Assembly: GCA_023245415.1 (NCBI GenBank)
Contig: JAHFKJ010000006.1
Location: 1-59,375, forward strand
Source of the DNA: Candidatus Gottesmanbacteria bacterium
GTDB taxonomy: Bacteria > Patescibacteriota > Microgenomatia > UBA10105
DNA: 59,375 nucleotides
Direction: 5' to 3'
Shown: in pieces, positions 8,442 to 18,056 of the stretch
Layout of the letters: each line of letters opens with the position of its first letter
How positions within the stretch are numbered: the first letter of the stretch is position 1
The notes under the pieces: model-generated
Databases searched by the model: none
What the model saw: only the letters and a program-made list of their open reading frames with translations
Told to the model about the DNA's origin: nothing
Program-made: the position numbers and the translations under genes

Positions 8442-11222
8442 ATGAGCCAAAACGCAAATACATACAAAACTTTGATCGAGAATGAGTCCAATCCTAAAGC
8501 AGTTTTTGTGGGTGGAGAGGAGAGTTTTTTTCTGCCGCTAGCATTATACCTGGCAGAAAGAAACGTGGATTTATATGCGGGAAAAAGTTTGGAGGACGCT
8601 TTTTTTGGAACATATTTTTTTTATACAGGCGACTGGAATAGCATCAAAGACTTTCTAATATCAAATGGAGCCAGGTTGCCGAAAACACTTTTGTTTTTTC
8701 AAATCGCCATTCAGTCAGAAATATATCCAGTGCTTGAAAAATTACCCCGGATAAAACTGATTAAATTAAATAACGTATCTGCACTTACTGATGAAAATCT
8801 AGACTCGATTATCGAGTTTTTTTTCGGTGAGCACGGGATGATACTTGCCCTCAAACCTTCTGTTTTGCAAAATAATACCTCGCTGGGTTTTTCAGCAATA
8901 CATCCAGAAATTCCTGCAGGGGATATATCGAAAATCGAACTACCACAATCTACGGTGACGCCTCAAGCGCCAGAAGAAAAATCTATAGTTGATGTCACAA
9001 ATTCACAAAAACAGATAAAGCGGGAAATACTTGTTACTGAAGAAGTGACTGCTGCAAGTCAAAATGATTTACGGGAAAATTCATTCGCACCTGACGTCAG
9101 ACAAGAAAAACCTTCGGAAGATAACGCAGAAAGTTATACGAACGTAAGTATTAGTTCTGAGGAATTCCCAAAATCATTACCGGATATTTCGAACACGCAA
9201 ATTAAACCATTGTCGGACGAAACCGTATCGCGTAAAAAAAATGTCTATTCCAGCTCACCGAACATAACGGGGTCAGCGCAAGATGACGTAGCGATTCCCC
9301 ATAAAACAAAGAAACTGCCGTTATTTATAGCCATTGGAGCAATGCTATTAATTCTAGCAATTTCGCCGATTATTATTTTTGCTAGTGAATTATTGTGGGG
9401 TGGATGGAATCTCCTTTCAGCAAAAACAGTTTTAGAAAATGGAAATTTAGAATACGCGCAGAAAAAACTGGAAACCGCGGAAACATTTTTAACCCTTGCC
9501 CAAAATTTGCACAGTAGTTATTTGTCACCGATTTTAGGACTTATCGGTCAACAGTCTCTCGCAGAAGAAACATTTATACTAGTCCAAACTCAGGAACAGA
9601 CTGCAGCAGGCCTTAAAAGATTAGTTAAGTTAAAGGATCCAATCAAGACATTAATTAGAGCGATTTCTGGCGAGGAAAAAGGTGTAGTAGCGGGAAGTCT
9701 GATCGCGGACGTTAAAGGGGAGTTGACATTGGTAAATACCCAGCTCGGTTCGGCGCAGGCAAATTTAAAATCAGAGAAGCTAAAGCACTTTCTAAGAAGG
9801 TCTGAATTTTCATTTTTGGAAAATCGGATAAGTCAAGCGTCACAGGATCTAGAAAAATTGCGAACTTATGCTCTGACTTTAAAAAAAACTACGTTCGTCC
9901 TGCCGGAACTTTTGGGTCTGGTTGGCGGAAAAAAGACATATCTAGTTTTGTTTCAAAATAATATGGAACTCCGCCCAAGCGGAGGATTTATCGGATCCCT
10001 GGGTTTGATTTCTTTTGAGGATGGAGTATTAAAGGATTTTAAAGTTGAGGATGTGTACACCGCTGATGGGGCATTGCAGGGACACGTCGATCCGCCGTTG
10101 CCTATAAAAAATTTCTTAGGTCAAGAACATTGGTATTTACGTGACAGCAATTGGAATCCAAATTTCGCTATCTCAGCACAACGCGCCGCTTGGTTTTTGG
10201 AGAAAGAATTGGAAGTAAAAGTTGACGGAGTGATCGGTGTGGACGTCACATTGGCCGAATACCTACTGCAGGTATCCGGACAGCTAGATGTGCCCGACTA
10301 CAACGAAAAAATAACCGCGGAAAATTTATATCTTAAACTTCAACTCGAAACACAAAAAGATTTTTTTCCGGGTTCCACTAAGAAACGGGATTTATTGGGA
10401 TCAATTGCTAAAACCTTGATGCTAAATTTATTAAAAACAGAGAATTTAAACACCGCCAATTTACTTACGAAAATGCATCAGGCGTTGGATGAAAAACACC
10501 TTATGTTTTATTTTCCCAAATCCGAACTCGAAGCGTTAATTGCAGAATATAATTGGGGAGGGCTGGTAAAGGCAAATCGTTGTGTGGAATCTAACTGTAT
10601 ATTGGATGCGCTTATGATTGTAGACGCAAATTTAGGAGTTAATAAAGTTAACTATTTTGTGCGCCGAAATATTGAAGATCAGGTGAGCTTGGACACTTCC
10701 GGGACGGCTAGTCATGATTTTAATCTCACATATAAAAATTCATCGTCCAAAGATAATAATTTGGGCGGCGTATACAAAAATTACGTACGTGTATATGTTC
10801 ACAATAATGCAGATTTAAAACGGGTAGAAAAAAACGCTTTGCCTTTAACGCTGACGCAATCTAATATTGCCAGTGATTCGGCTGTTGCGAAATATATAGA
10901 GGGAGAATTTACAGTTTTCGCATATTTATTGGATGTGGCCCCGCAGGAAGAAATAACACTTACTTTCCACTTTTCAACAAAAAGTACCTTGAGCCAAAAT
11001 CATGCGGAACCGAGGACATATATTTACCAGCTGTTGAAACAGCCTGGGGTTGTGGGTGAATCAGCCAGCGTAACGATCGGGTATCCCGGTCAATGGACGG
11101 TAAGAAAGGGCGAAGGAGTTGGAGATGTAGCCGGGGTAAGCACGCTTGTGAAACCAAGTCAGATCACCTATAATACAGGGATGCTTAAAGATCAATTATT
11201 TACACTTAATTTCCTGCAGTAA
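8442..11222 (+). CDS. DUF4012-domain membrane protein with long N-terminal extension
   Basis: Single TM at ~aa 292-315; FQNNMELRPSGGFIGS, LRDSNWNPNF and DANLGVNKVN motifs. Confidence 0.8.
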   Translation: MSQNANTYKTLIENESNPKAVFVGGEESFFLPLALYLAERNVDLYAGKSLEDAFFGTYFFYTGDWNSIKDFLISNGARLPKTLLFFQIAIQSEIYPVLEKLPRIKLIKLNNVSALTDENLDSIIEFFFGEHGMILALKPSVLQNNTSLGFSAIHPEIPAGDISKIELPQSTVTPQAPEEKSIVDVTNSQKQIKREILVTEEVTAASQNDLRENSFAPDVRQEKPSEDNAESYTNVSISSEEFPKSLPDISNTQIKPLSDETVSRKKNVYSSSPNITGSAQDDVAIPHKTKKLPLFIAIGAMLLILAISPIIIFASELLWGGWNLLSAKTVLENGNLEYAQKKLETAETFLTLAQNLHSSYLSPILGLIGQQSLAEETFILVQTQEQTAAGLKRLVKLKDPIKTLIRAISGEEKGVVAGSLIADVKGELTLVNTQLGSAQANLKSEKLKHFLRRSEFSFLENRISQASQDLEKLRTYALTLKKTTFVLPELLGLVGGKKTYLVLFQNNMELRPSGGFIGSLGLISFEDGVLKDFKVEDVYTADGALQGHVDPPLPIKNFLGQEHWYLRDSNWNPNFAISAQRAAWFLEKELEVKVDGVIGVDVTLAEYLLQVSGQLDVPDYNEKITAENLYLKLQLETQKDFFPGSTKKRDLLGSIAKTLMLNLLKTENLNTANLLTKMHQALDEKHLMFYFPKSELEALIAEYNWGGLVKANRCVESNCILDALMIVDANLGVNKVNYFVRRNIEDQVSLDTSGTASHDFNLTYKNSSSKDNNLGGVYKNYVRVYVHNNADLKRVEKNALPLTLTQSNIASDSAVAKYIEGEFTVFAYLLDVAPQEEITLTFHFSTKSTLSQNHAEPRTYIYQLLKQPGVVGESASVTIGYPGQWTVRKGEGVGDVAGVSTLVKPSQITYNTGMLKDQLFTLNFLQ

Positions 11223-11225
11223 AGT

Positions 11226-11942
11226 ATGAAAAAAATCACACTTAATGTGAAGAAGCGGACGGTTTTAGGTAGAAAAACTAAAAAACTACGTCTCGAGAAT
11301 ATAATCCCCGGAAATGTGTATGGTCGTAATGTTTCCAGCGTGACAGTAGAAATGCCCATGTCTGATTTTTTAAAAACGTATAAGTTGGCGGGAGAAACCG
11401 GCGTAGTTGAACTTAAAATCGATGCAGAAGCAATACGGCCTGTACTTATTCACAATGTACAAAAGCATCCGGTCAGCAATAATCCGCTGCACATTGATTT
11501 TTACCAGGTTGATTTAAAATCTAAAATAAAAACTAAAGTTCCTGTGGAAATTGCGGGTACGGCTGCAGCCGTTGTGCAAAAACTGGGCGTTCTGCTCACG
11601 CTTTTAGATGAGGTAGAAGTCGAAGCATTGCCCACTGATTTACCGGAAAAAATTACAATCGATGTAACTAAACTAGGCGGAGTTAATGAGGTTATTAAAG
11701 TTAAAGATTTACAGCTACCCCAGGGAGTAGCAATGATGACGGATTTAGAAGCTGAGGTAGTAAAGATTGGTGAATTGGTTACTAAAGAAGCCGAAAAACT
11801 TGTAGCTGCAGAAACGCTAGCTCAAACTGAAAATATCGCTGGGGAAACTGCTGTAATTGAAGCGGGTCAAACTTCAGAAAATAACCAGGAAAGTAAAGAC
11901 TTGGCATCTGCCCCCAAATCAAAACCCGAGAAGAAAAAGTAG
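11226..11942 (+). CDS. rplY: 50S ribosomal protein L25/Ctc
   Basis: IPGNVYG, HIDFYQV and EALPTDLPE; long Ctc-type form. Confidence 0.95.
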   Translation: MKKITLNVKKRTVLGRKTKKLRLENIIPGNVYGRNVSSVTVEMPMSDFLKTYKLAGETGVVELKIDAEAIRPVLIHNVQKHPVSNNPLHIDFYQVDLKSKIKTKVPVEIAGTAAAVVQKLGVLLTLLDEVEVEALPTDLPEKITIDVTKLGGVNEVIKVKDLQLPQGVAMMTDLEAEVVKIGELVTKEAEKLVAAETLAQTENIAGETAVIEAGQTSENNQESKDLASAPKSKPEKKK

Positions 11943-11949
11943 TCCATTT

Positions 11950-12516
11950 TTAGAGCTGTTTAAGAGGAAGAGGTAACGACAGAATATAATTTGGATCTAG
12001 TGCACGAATTTTATTTAGATACAGTTTTGCTTCATTAAAACTGCCTTCGTTATAAGCCAGATACAACAGCTGAACCCATGACTCACGTAGTTGTGGATGG
12101 TCAATTGCCAGCTTCTGCCAATAATAAAACTCCTGCTTCTTTACAACAGGAAATCTATCCAGAAGATTTTCGGCTTGAGAAAAATCCGAAGTTGTACCTA
12201 AAACTTGATGAAGCGGAGTTATAAAAGTAAATTGAGCTTGAGCCAAATTTAATTCTCGTCTTGCGACGGCTTTGTCTTGGGTTTGACTATACAGATAAGT
12301 AAGCTTGGAGTGCAACGCCGGATCATATGGAGTTTTCGAAAGTTTGTTTAAAACCAAGTTTAATTCCTGGGTGACAGGAGTTTTTAAAAGTATTGATAAA
12401 ACAAAACTCATTACAAAACCCAAAAAAATCCAGCGTCTGAAAGAAGCGATAAAAATATCGATAAATCTTAATTTATAGACCTGTTGTTGTTTCAAGATTA
12501 ATTTTGACATATTCAT
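11950..12516 (-). CDS. hypothetical membrane-anchored TPR-like protein
   Basis: N-terminal TM; helical repeats ending 'AKLYLNKIRALDPN'. Confidence 0.55.
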   Translation of the reverse strand: MNMSKLILKQQQVYKLRFIDIFIASFRRWIFLGFVMSFVLSILLKTPVTQELNLVLNKLSKTPYDPALHSKLTYLYSQTQDKAVARRELNLAQAQFTFITPLHQVLGTTSDFSQAENLLDRFPVVKKQEFYYWQKLAIDHPQLRESWVQLLYLAYNEGSFNEAKLYLNKIRALDPNYILSLPLPLKQL

Positions 12517-12603
12517 ATTATGCGAAAGTTTTAGGTAATCATGGAAAATGTTGCAAACTCGAAAGTATATTAGTAAACTTAAACAAGAACCGCAACTGGC
12601 AGT

Positions 12604-13209
12604 ATGAAAATGTTTCTAAGTATTATAGCAATTATTACGCTGACTATAGTGTTTATAGCAAATTTGGTCGGGTCAGAAATGTATGAATTTGAAGGTGGAA
12701 ATAATAATAATTATCAATCGGCTCAAAACATAACGTCACCAGAGACGATTAAATTTATCTATGGAAGTTTAGGTCGAGGGCAAGATACAGTAGACTATTA
12801 CGCTTTAGTATTTAAGCAATATACACCTCAGGTAAGTGTCGCACTACTCGTAACGCAGGATTCCCCTGAAACATTTCGTCCAAATCTTATTTTCATCGAC
12901 CCTAATTCCAATCACATGATTGGTCAAGCTCCCTACGGGGTACCGGAAAACATGGGTGGACGAATATTCGAATGGCCAAGTGTGTCGAATATTAAACTGG
13001 AAAATCGTGAAGCTTTTGAAAAGTTTATAGTTGGGCCACAGCTTATAAAAGATATGTCTGATACACACTATCTAGTGGCGGTTTATGACCCACAGGGTAA
13101 GGGAGGAAAATATACGCTGCAGATTGGTGCTAAACGGCCGGAAAATTCCTTCAAGACAAAAGTACATAATTTATGGTCAATCGTCCGAATTAAACTCAGA
13201 TTGTATTGA
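12604..13209 (+). CDS. hypothetical exported protein
   Basis: 201-aa ORF with an N-terminal hydrophobic segment and a beta-rich body. Confidence 0.6.
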   Translation: MKMFLSIIAIITLTIVFIANLVGSEMYEFEGGNNNNYQSAQNITSPETIKFIYGSLGRGQDTVDYYALVFKQYTPQVSVALLVTQDSPETFRPNLIFIDPNSNHMIGQAPYGVPENMGGRIFEWPSVSNIKLENREAFEKFIVGPQLIKDMSDTHYLVAVYDPQGKGGKYTLQIGAKRPENSFKTKVHNLWSIVRIKLRLY

Positions 13210-13328
13210 CGACTGTGGTATACTAAGCAACCTGTTTAAATTATAGTAAGCGCCTAATCAAATTCTAAACTTGCGAAAAGAAGATTTATAAATTTATTAA
13301 GTCTGCTCTTGTGTAATTACAATTTACT

Positions 13329-14015
13329 ATGGCGGTGTCAAAAATTAGCAAACGAAAACAAAAACTAGTTCCAGAATTAAATTCGCCTGCGCTTCAAGTT
13401 ATCACTCCAGCCAAACAGTCTAGTTTTTTAAGTAAAATCAACTGGAAAAACTGGAAAACTTGGATTGTAATTCTGGTTGCAGCTCTCATCCTGGGATATT
13501 ATTTACGGAATAATAAAGCCTGGTTTTTAGCTGCTGTTGTCGATGGTGTACCTGTCACGAAGGCAGAACTGAACTCGCGGTTAATTTCGCTTTTTGGACA
13601 ACAGACTTTGGATACATTGATCGGTGAAAAAATAATATTTGCCGAAGCTGTCAAACAGAACGTGAGTGTCGAAGACAAAGAAATTGATGAAAAACTCAAG
13701 GAGCTGGAAAAAAATCTGGGACAAAACGTCAACTTTGACGATTTTCTAAAACTTCAGGGTATGACCAAAGCAGAGCTTACCAATAGACTGAGGATGCAGA
13801 TCGTGATCGATAAAATGTTTAGTAAAGATGTTTCAGTTTCCGCTCTTGAGATCTCTGATTATATAGCTTCAAATAGCGCAACGTTATCTGCAACTGAAAG
13901 TGGAACGCGTCAGGAACAGGCGAGTAAAGAAGTTCGCAGCTCCAAGGTAGGTAAATTATTTATTGATTGGTTTAATAAAAAACGCGGTGACGCCAAAATT
14001 GAACGCTACCTCTAA
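13329..14015 (+). CDS. SurA N-terminal/PrsA-like foldase (no PPIase domain evident)
   Basis: TM followed by AAVVDGVPVTKAEL, TLDTLIGEKIIFAEA, and a C-terminal AKIERYL. Confidence 0.75.
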   Translation: MAVSKISKRKQKLVPELNSPALQVITPAKQSSFLSKINWKNWKTWIVILVAALILGYYLRNNKAWFLAAVVDGVPVTKAELNSRLISLFGQQTLDTLIGEKIIFAEAVKQNVSVEDKEIDEKLKELEKNLGQNVNFDDFLKLQGMTKAELTNRLRMQIVIDKMFSKDVSVSALEISDYIASNSATLSATESGTRQEQASKEVRSSKVGKLFIDWFNKKRGDAKIERYL

Positions 14016-14030
14016 TTCAAACTTTCATCT

Positions 14031-15134
14031 GTGAAAACCTGGCAGCAACTTAAAAGTCATCCTCAATTATTTAACCGCTTTTTTTTACGCGAAAAAGTAC
14101 TCCGGGCAATTCGCGAATATTTTTACCAGCAGCAAGTACATGAAACCGAAGTGCCCATATTAGCCCCGGCTTTACCGGCAGAATCGTATTTGGAGGTATT
14201 TGAAACGACCCTCTTAACTCGTCTTCGTAAAAAATATCCAGCCTACTTAACCACTTCTCCGGAAATGTTTCTTAAAAAACTGTTGGTCGCCGGAGTTGGC
14301 AATTGTTACACGTTAACCAGGAGTTTTCGCAATACCGAATACATGTCCCAAAGTCACAATTCGGAATTTACAATTTTAGAATGGTACCGGGTGGATGCGG
14401 ATTATAAACACTTAATGAAGGATGTGGAAGAATTGTTTGTTTTCATTCATAAAGAAATTCAACAAAATTCCAACATTATTCCCGCTGAGGCGGGAATCCA
14501 TTCGAATAGATCTCGGATCAAGCCTGAGATGACGCTGTTATATCAAAATCAAGCTATTGATTTGAGTCCGCCTTGGGAACGAATCTCAATGGTAGAAGCA
14601 TTTGCTAAATTTGCACGTGTCGATTTGCTAAAAATATTGGACGAAGGGGGAATGAGGAATATTGCCATGGCAAAAGGTTATTCAATTCATAATGCTACCT
14701 GGGAAGAATTGTTTAATCAGATTTTTTTGAATGAAGTGGCGGCAAAGTTTCCTCAGGACCGACCAATTATTATTTATGATTATCCGATCCAACTGGCAGC
14801 ATTGGCTGCTAAACCGAAAAATTCAGATCCCAGATTTGCCCAGCGCTTCGAAATATATATCGGAGATATAGAACTGGCGGACGGTTGTACGGAGCTAACA
14901 GATATAAAGGAACAAGAAAAAAGATTTGCCAAAGAAAAGAAAAAAATAAGAAAACAGGGAAATAAACTACCTACGGTTGATCATGAGTTTATTGAAGCGC
15001 TAAAGTTAGGTTTGCCTAATTGTGCCGGAATTGCTCTCGGAGTCGATCGTCTAATTATGTTGCTAGCAGACGTGCCCCAAATTCAAGACACCCTCTACTT
15101 TCCAGCGAGCCAGTTGTGGGAAGATATTGACTAA
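14031..15134 (+). CDS. epmA: EF-P lysine aminoacylase EpmA/GenX (LysRS-II catalytic-domain paralog)
   Basis: YLTTSPEMFLKKLL, FRNTE, HNSEFTILEWY and AGIALGVDRL; no anticodon-binding domain; efp is nearby. Confidence 0.88.
   Translation: MKTWQQLKSHPQLFNRFFLREKVLRAIREYFYQQQVHETEVPILAPALPAESYLEVFETTLLTRLRKKYPAYLTTSPEMFLKKLLVAGVGNCYTLTRSFRNTEYMSQSHNSEFTILEWYRVDADYKHLMKDVEELFVFIHKEIQQNSNIIPAEAGIHSNRSRIKPEMTLLYQNQAIDLSPPWERISMVEAFAKFARVDLLKILDEGGMRNIAMAKGYSIHNATWEELFNQIFLNEVAAKFPQDRPIIIYDYPIQLAALAAKPKNSDPRFAQRFEIYIGDIELADGCTELTDIKEQEKRFAKEKKKIRKQGNKLPTVDHEFIEALKLGLPNCAGIALGVDRLIMLLADVPQIQDTLYFPASQLWEDID
14475..14533 (+). repeat. two-hairpin palindromic element inserted in frame in epmA
   Basis: ATTCCCGC-TGAG-GCGGGAAT (14478-14497) followed by ATCTCGG-ATCAAG-CCTGAGAT-GAC; encodes IIPAEAGIHSNRSRIKPEMT. 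Confidence 0.75.
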
Positions 15135-15340
15135 ACGGAGCTTGACTTACATAAAAGTATAGACTATTCTGCACTTAAACTATGATTTCCCGTCACCTTG
15201 ATCAAGTTTTAGCTTCACACTTTACACATTATGGCTTAAGTAACCTTTTGTGTTGGTAAAAATGGTCATTTGGGTTCTTGGTATCTTCTAAATCTTCAGA
15301 TATAATTTTGATACAGTACTATTCTTAAGATGGTATATAA

Positions 15341-15434
15341 GTCATTTCGAGCGTCAGCGAGAAATCTAGGCCGTAAGGCCATCCTTATAGTACGCTTCGC
15401 TAGATTTCTCCTCACTTTCGTTCGTCGAAATGAC
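15341..15434. repeat. composite palindromic (REP/MITE-like) element, copy 1
   Basis: GTCATTTCGA...GAGAAATCTAG...CTAGATTTCTC...TCGAAATGAC; second copy at 59195-59293. Confidence 0.85.
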
Positions 15435-15510
15435 AATAACGTACATCCTGATACTGTGAAAATTCAGAGATCATAAAATGCGAAGATTGAGAGTTCTATT
15501 TACAAATTAC

Positions 15511-15909
15511 TTACCAATATATTTTTAAGCCATATTTTTCATAAACTGCAAAATCTGTGTCTTTGGTGAGCAAGTAATAGTGATTATGAATCGCCTGCCA
15601 TGCAAGCATGCGATCAAAGGAATCTTTGTTTTTTTGTATTGCCAATTTATGAATAGAAGCTGCTGTTTGAGAATCCAAATCTAATATTTTCAAGCCGGCC
15701 GTGTTAGTAAACACCGGTAATTCTTCCGGTTGCACTCCTTCCAATTCCAATTTGCCAAGTAAAAATTTGAGGGAAATTTCCCAAAACGAGATGACGCTTA
15801 CATATTTAGGTGATTCAGTATCAGCAAGAACAGTCTTGACCTTTTGGGAAATTTTTGCAGGAGACAATAAAATCCACAATAAAAGGTGTGTATCTACAAG
15901 ATAATTCAC
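15511..15909 (-). CDS. PIN-domain (VapC) toxin, TA pair 1
   Basis: YLVDTHLLLW, SFWEI, DSFDRML and LLTKD. Confidence 0.9.
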   Translation of the reverse strand: MNYLVDTHLLLWILLSPAKISQKVKTVLADTESPKYVSVISFWEISLKFLLGKLELEGVQPEELPVFTNTAGLKILDLDSQTAASIHKLAIQKNKDSFDRMLAWQAIHNHYYLLTKDTDFAVYEKYGLKIYW

Positions 15910-16142
15910 GATTGTAAATATTCTAAGGCAGTCATTTTAAAGTCTTCATGTATTTTATAAGTCGCTTGCTTGATAATTCCCAGTTTTATTTTATTTGACT
16001 GAGCGTACCTTTTATAAGGAACCAGCGCAGCTACTTTTTTCTTATTTTTACCATAGGTTATACCAATGCTTTCACCATGCAAAATTTTAGTGATAACTTC
16101 AGAAAATTTTGATTTGAATTCACCCACTGTTAGTAGATCCAT
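15906..16142 (-). CDS. Phd/YefM-like antitoxin, TA pair 1
   Basis: MDLLTVGEFKSKFSEVI...VAALVP; overlaps the toxin start. Operator-like palindrome TGACAA-C-TTGTCA at 16165-16177 overlaps a TTGACA. Confidence 0.85.
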   Translation of the reverse strand: MDLLTVGEFKSKFSEVITKILHGESIGITYGKNKKKVAALVPYKRYAQSNKIKLGIIKQATYKIHEDFKMTALEYLQS

Positions 16143-16264
16143 ATGAATAAGCATATATCTTTCCTGACAACTTGTCAAGAAAACGAGTGAATGAAATAAC
16201 TCCGGTGTCAGTTAAGCAACGATTTGTTCACAGAAGTGATGCGATTCATGTATAATAGTGCTCT

Positions 16265-16834
16265 ATGTCTCGAATCACTACCGCGGAGTTTCATAAAGGG
16301 ATGTTTATCAAATTTAAGGATGAACCCTACCAGATAGTCGAATTCCAACACGTCAATCCGGGCAAGGGAAGTGCATTTGTGCGGACCAAACTCAAAGGCG
16401 TCAAAAATGACAAAGCTCAAGAATTTACGTTTAAATCCGGAGAGGGCGTTGAGGAATTATCTATCAATACGCGTGAAATGCAGTATCTGTATAAGGAAGG
16501 CGATCTGTATCATTTTATGGATAATTTTAATTATGAACAGTTATCAGTAAGCAAAGGGTTGCTTGGGGTCTATACCCAGTTCTTAAAAGAAAATGACATA
16601 TATCAAATCATGGTTTATGAGGATGCAGCCATCGGAATTCGGTTTCCCAAAAAAGTCCGTCTCAAAGTCATGGAAACGGAAGACGCTGTCAAGGGAAGCA
16701 CAATCTCGGGGGCAATGAAACCGGCGAAACTTGAAACCGGGGTTTCGATTCAAGTGCCATTATTTATAAAAGTGGGCGATGTAGTGGGAGTAGATCCGGA
16801 GATAGGTGAGTATGTGGATCGGGTGAGTGGATGA
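16265..16834 (+). CDS. efp: elongation factor P
   Basis: HVNPGKGSAFVRTKLK and KPAKLETG..VPLFI. Confidence 0.98.
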   Translation: MSRITTAEFHKGMFIKFKDEPYQIVEFQHVNPGKGSAFVRTKLKGVKNDKAQEFTFKSGEGVEELSINTREMQYLYKEGDLYHFMDNFNYEQLSVSKGLLGVYTQFLKENDIYQIMVYEDAAIGIRFPKKVRLKVMETEDAVKGSTISGAMKPAKLETGVSIQVPLFIKVGDVVGVDPEIGEYVDRVSG

Positions 16835-16840
16835 TACAAT

Positions 16841-17647
16841 GTGTGGGTGAAACGGCATAAGCTGAATATCGGTTTAATATTATTAGTCTTTGGAATAATA
16901 ATTGGCTGTCTGGTTATTTTAGTAAAGCGGTCAACTTCAACTCAAGTTAATGCTACTCCAGTTCCGACAACCACGAGTATTCCTACTAAAGAAAAAGTCA
17001 TCGTCAAACGAGTGCTCGATGGCGATACGATTGAACTTATAGATAATCGCAAAGTCCGCTATATCGGTATGGATGCGCCGGAGACAGTAGATCCAAACAG
17101 GCCGGTAGGTTGTTTCGGCAAGGAAGCGTCTGCTAAAAATAACGAATTGGTACAGGGAAAAGAAGTAATATTGGAAAAAGATGTTTCGGAAACTGATAAG
17201 TTTGGCAGATTATTGCGGTATGTTTATTTAAATGACATAAGTATGGTAAATGAGATTTTGGTTAAAGAGGGATTTGCCTTCGCCCGGTCGTATCCGCCCG
17301 ATGTCAAATATCAGGAAAAACTGCGTCTAGCCGAAAGTTTGGCGCGGGATAACAATCGGGGATTGTGGAGAACATGTCCGGCTAAAAATAATCAAGCTGC
17401 CCCGGCAACGAGCTCTGCGGTGGTGTCCGAGCAGAACGTGGTGTCTGGTCAAGCTTCTGCGAATGAAGTGCCCCTGTCAGGGTGTGTGATAAAAGGAAAT
17501 ATTTCCACCAAGGGCGACAAAATTTATCATCTGTCCGGATGTGGATCGTACACCAGAACTGTCATTGATGAACAAAAAGGCGAACGCTTTTTCTGCACCG
17601 AAGACGAAGCTCAAAAAGCCGGGTGGAGAAAGGCAGGAAATTGTTAG
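16841..17647 (+). CDS. membrane-anchored thermonuclease (SNase) with C-terminal Cys-containing domain
   Basis: VLDGDTI, VRYIGMDAPE and DKFGRLLRYV; C-terminal CVIKGNIS..KIYH...FCTEDEAQKAGWRK. Confidence 0.9.
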   Translation: MWVKRHKLNIGLILLVFGIIIGCLVILVKRSTSTQVNATPVPTTTSIPTKEKVIVKRVLDGDTIELIDNRKVRYIGMDAPETVDPNRPVGCFGKEASAKNNELVQGKEVILEKDVSETDKFGRLLRYVYLNDISMVNEILVKEGFAFARSYPPDVKYQEKLRLAESLARDNNRGLWRTCPAKNNQAAPATSSAVVSEQNVVSGQASANEVPLSGCVIKGNISTKGDKIYHLSGCGSYTRTVIDEQKGERFFCTEDEAQKAGWRKAGNC

Positions 17648-17650
17648 GTT

Positions 17651-17732
17651 AAGATATTCAGATACAAAGATACTTAGACATTAAGAACGCGAAAATTCTT
17701 AGTATCTTAATATCCCGATATCTTAGTATCTC
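17651..17732. repeat. inverted 8-nt periodic arrays between convergent genes (possible terminator)
   Basis: AAGATATT/CAGATACA/AAGATACT/TAGACATT facing AGTATCTT/AATATCCC/GATATCTT/AGTATCTC. Confidence 0.65.
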
Positions 17733-17734
17733 AA

Positions 17735-17896
17735 TTATTTCCCCAATTTCTGTTTAATCATTTCGAATATATTTTGCAGTGCTTCGTCTACTGTCTGGTG
17801 AGAAGCATTCGCGGCTTTTTCGATTGTATCGTCTGTAATGTTGTCATTGCTGCCCATGTTGTCTTTGGGATCCATACAGCCACAGTTATAACACAT
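17735..17896 (-). CDS. small Cys-rich protein, 53 aa (missed by ORF track)
   Basis: GGAGGTG RBS, then MCYNCGCMDPKDNMGSNDNITDDTIEKAANASHQTVDEALQNIFEMIKQKLGK. Confidence 0.8.
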   Translation of the reverse strand: MCYNCGCMDPKDNMGSNDNITDDTIEKAANASHQTVDEALQNIFEMIKQKLGK

Positions 17897-18056
17897 AATG
17901 TTCACCTCCTATTAAAATCTAAAATTATTTATTTCTATCTGCTGGTATTTAAATCTGAGCCATAAGATCGTAAAAGCCCAAGTTTTTTGTTATTCTCTTA
18001 ATTAAATCTTGCACTTCTCATTCTACATGATATGATGAATCTATCAATAGGGATTT

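Noticed and set aside
15182-15259. Short ORF MISRHLDQVLASHFTHY..., resembling the start of an AAA+ ATPase gene
   Set aside because: Only 25 codons and no Walker A; too little to support a call.
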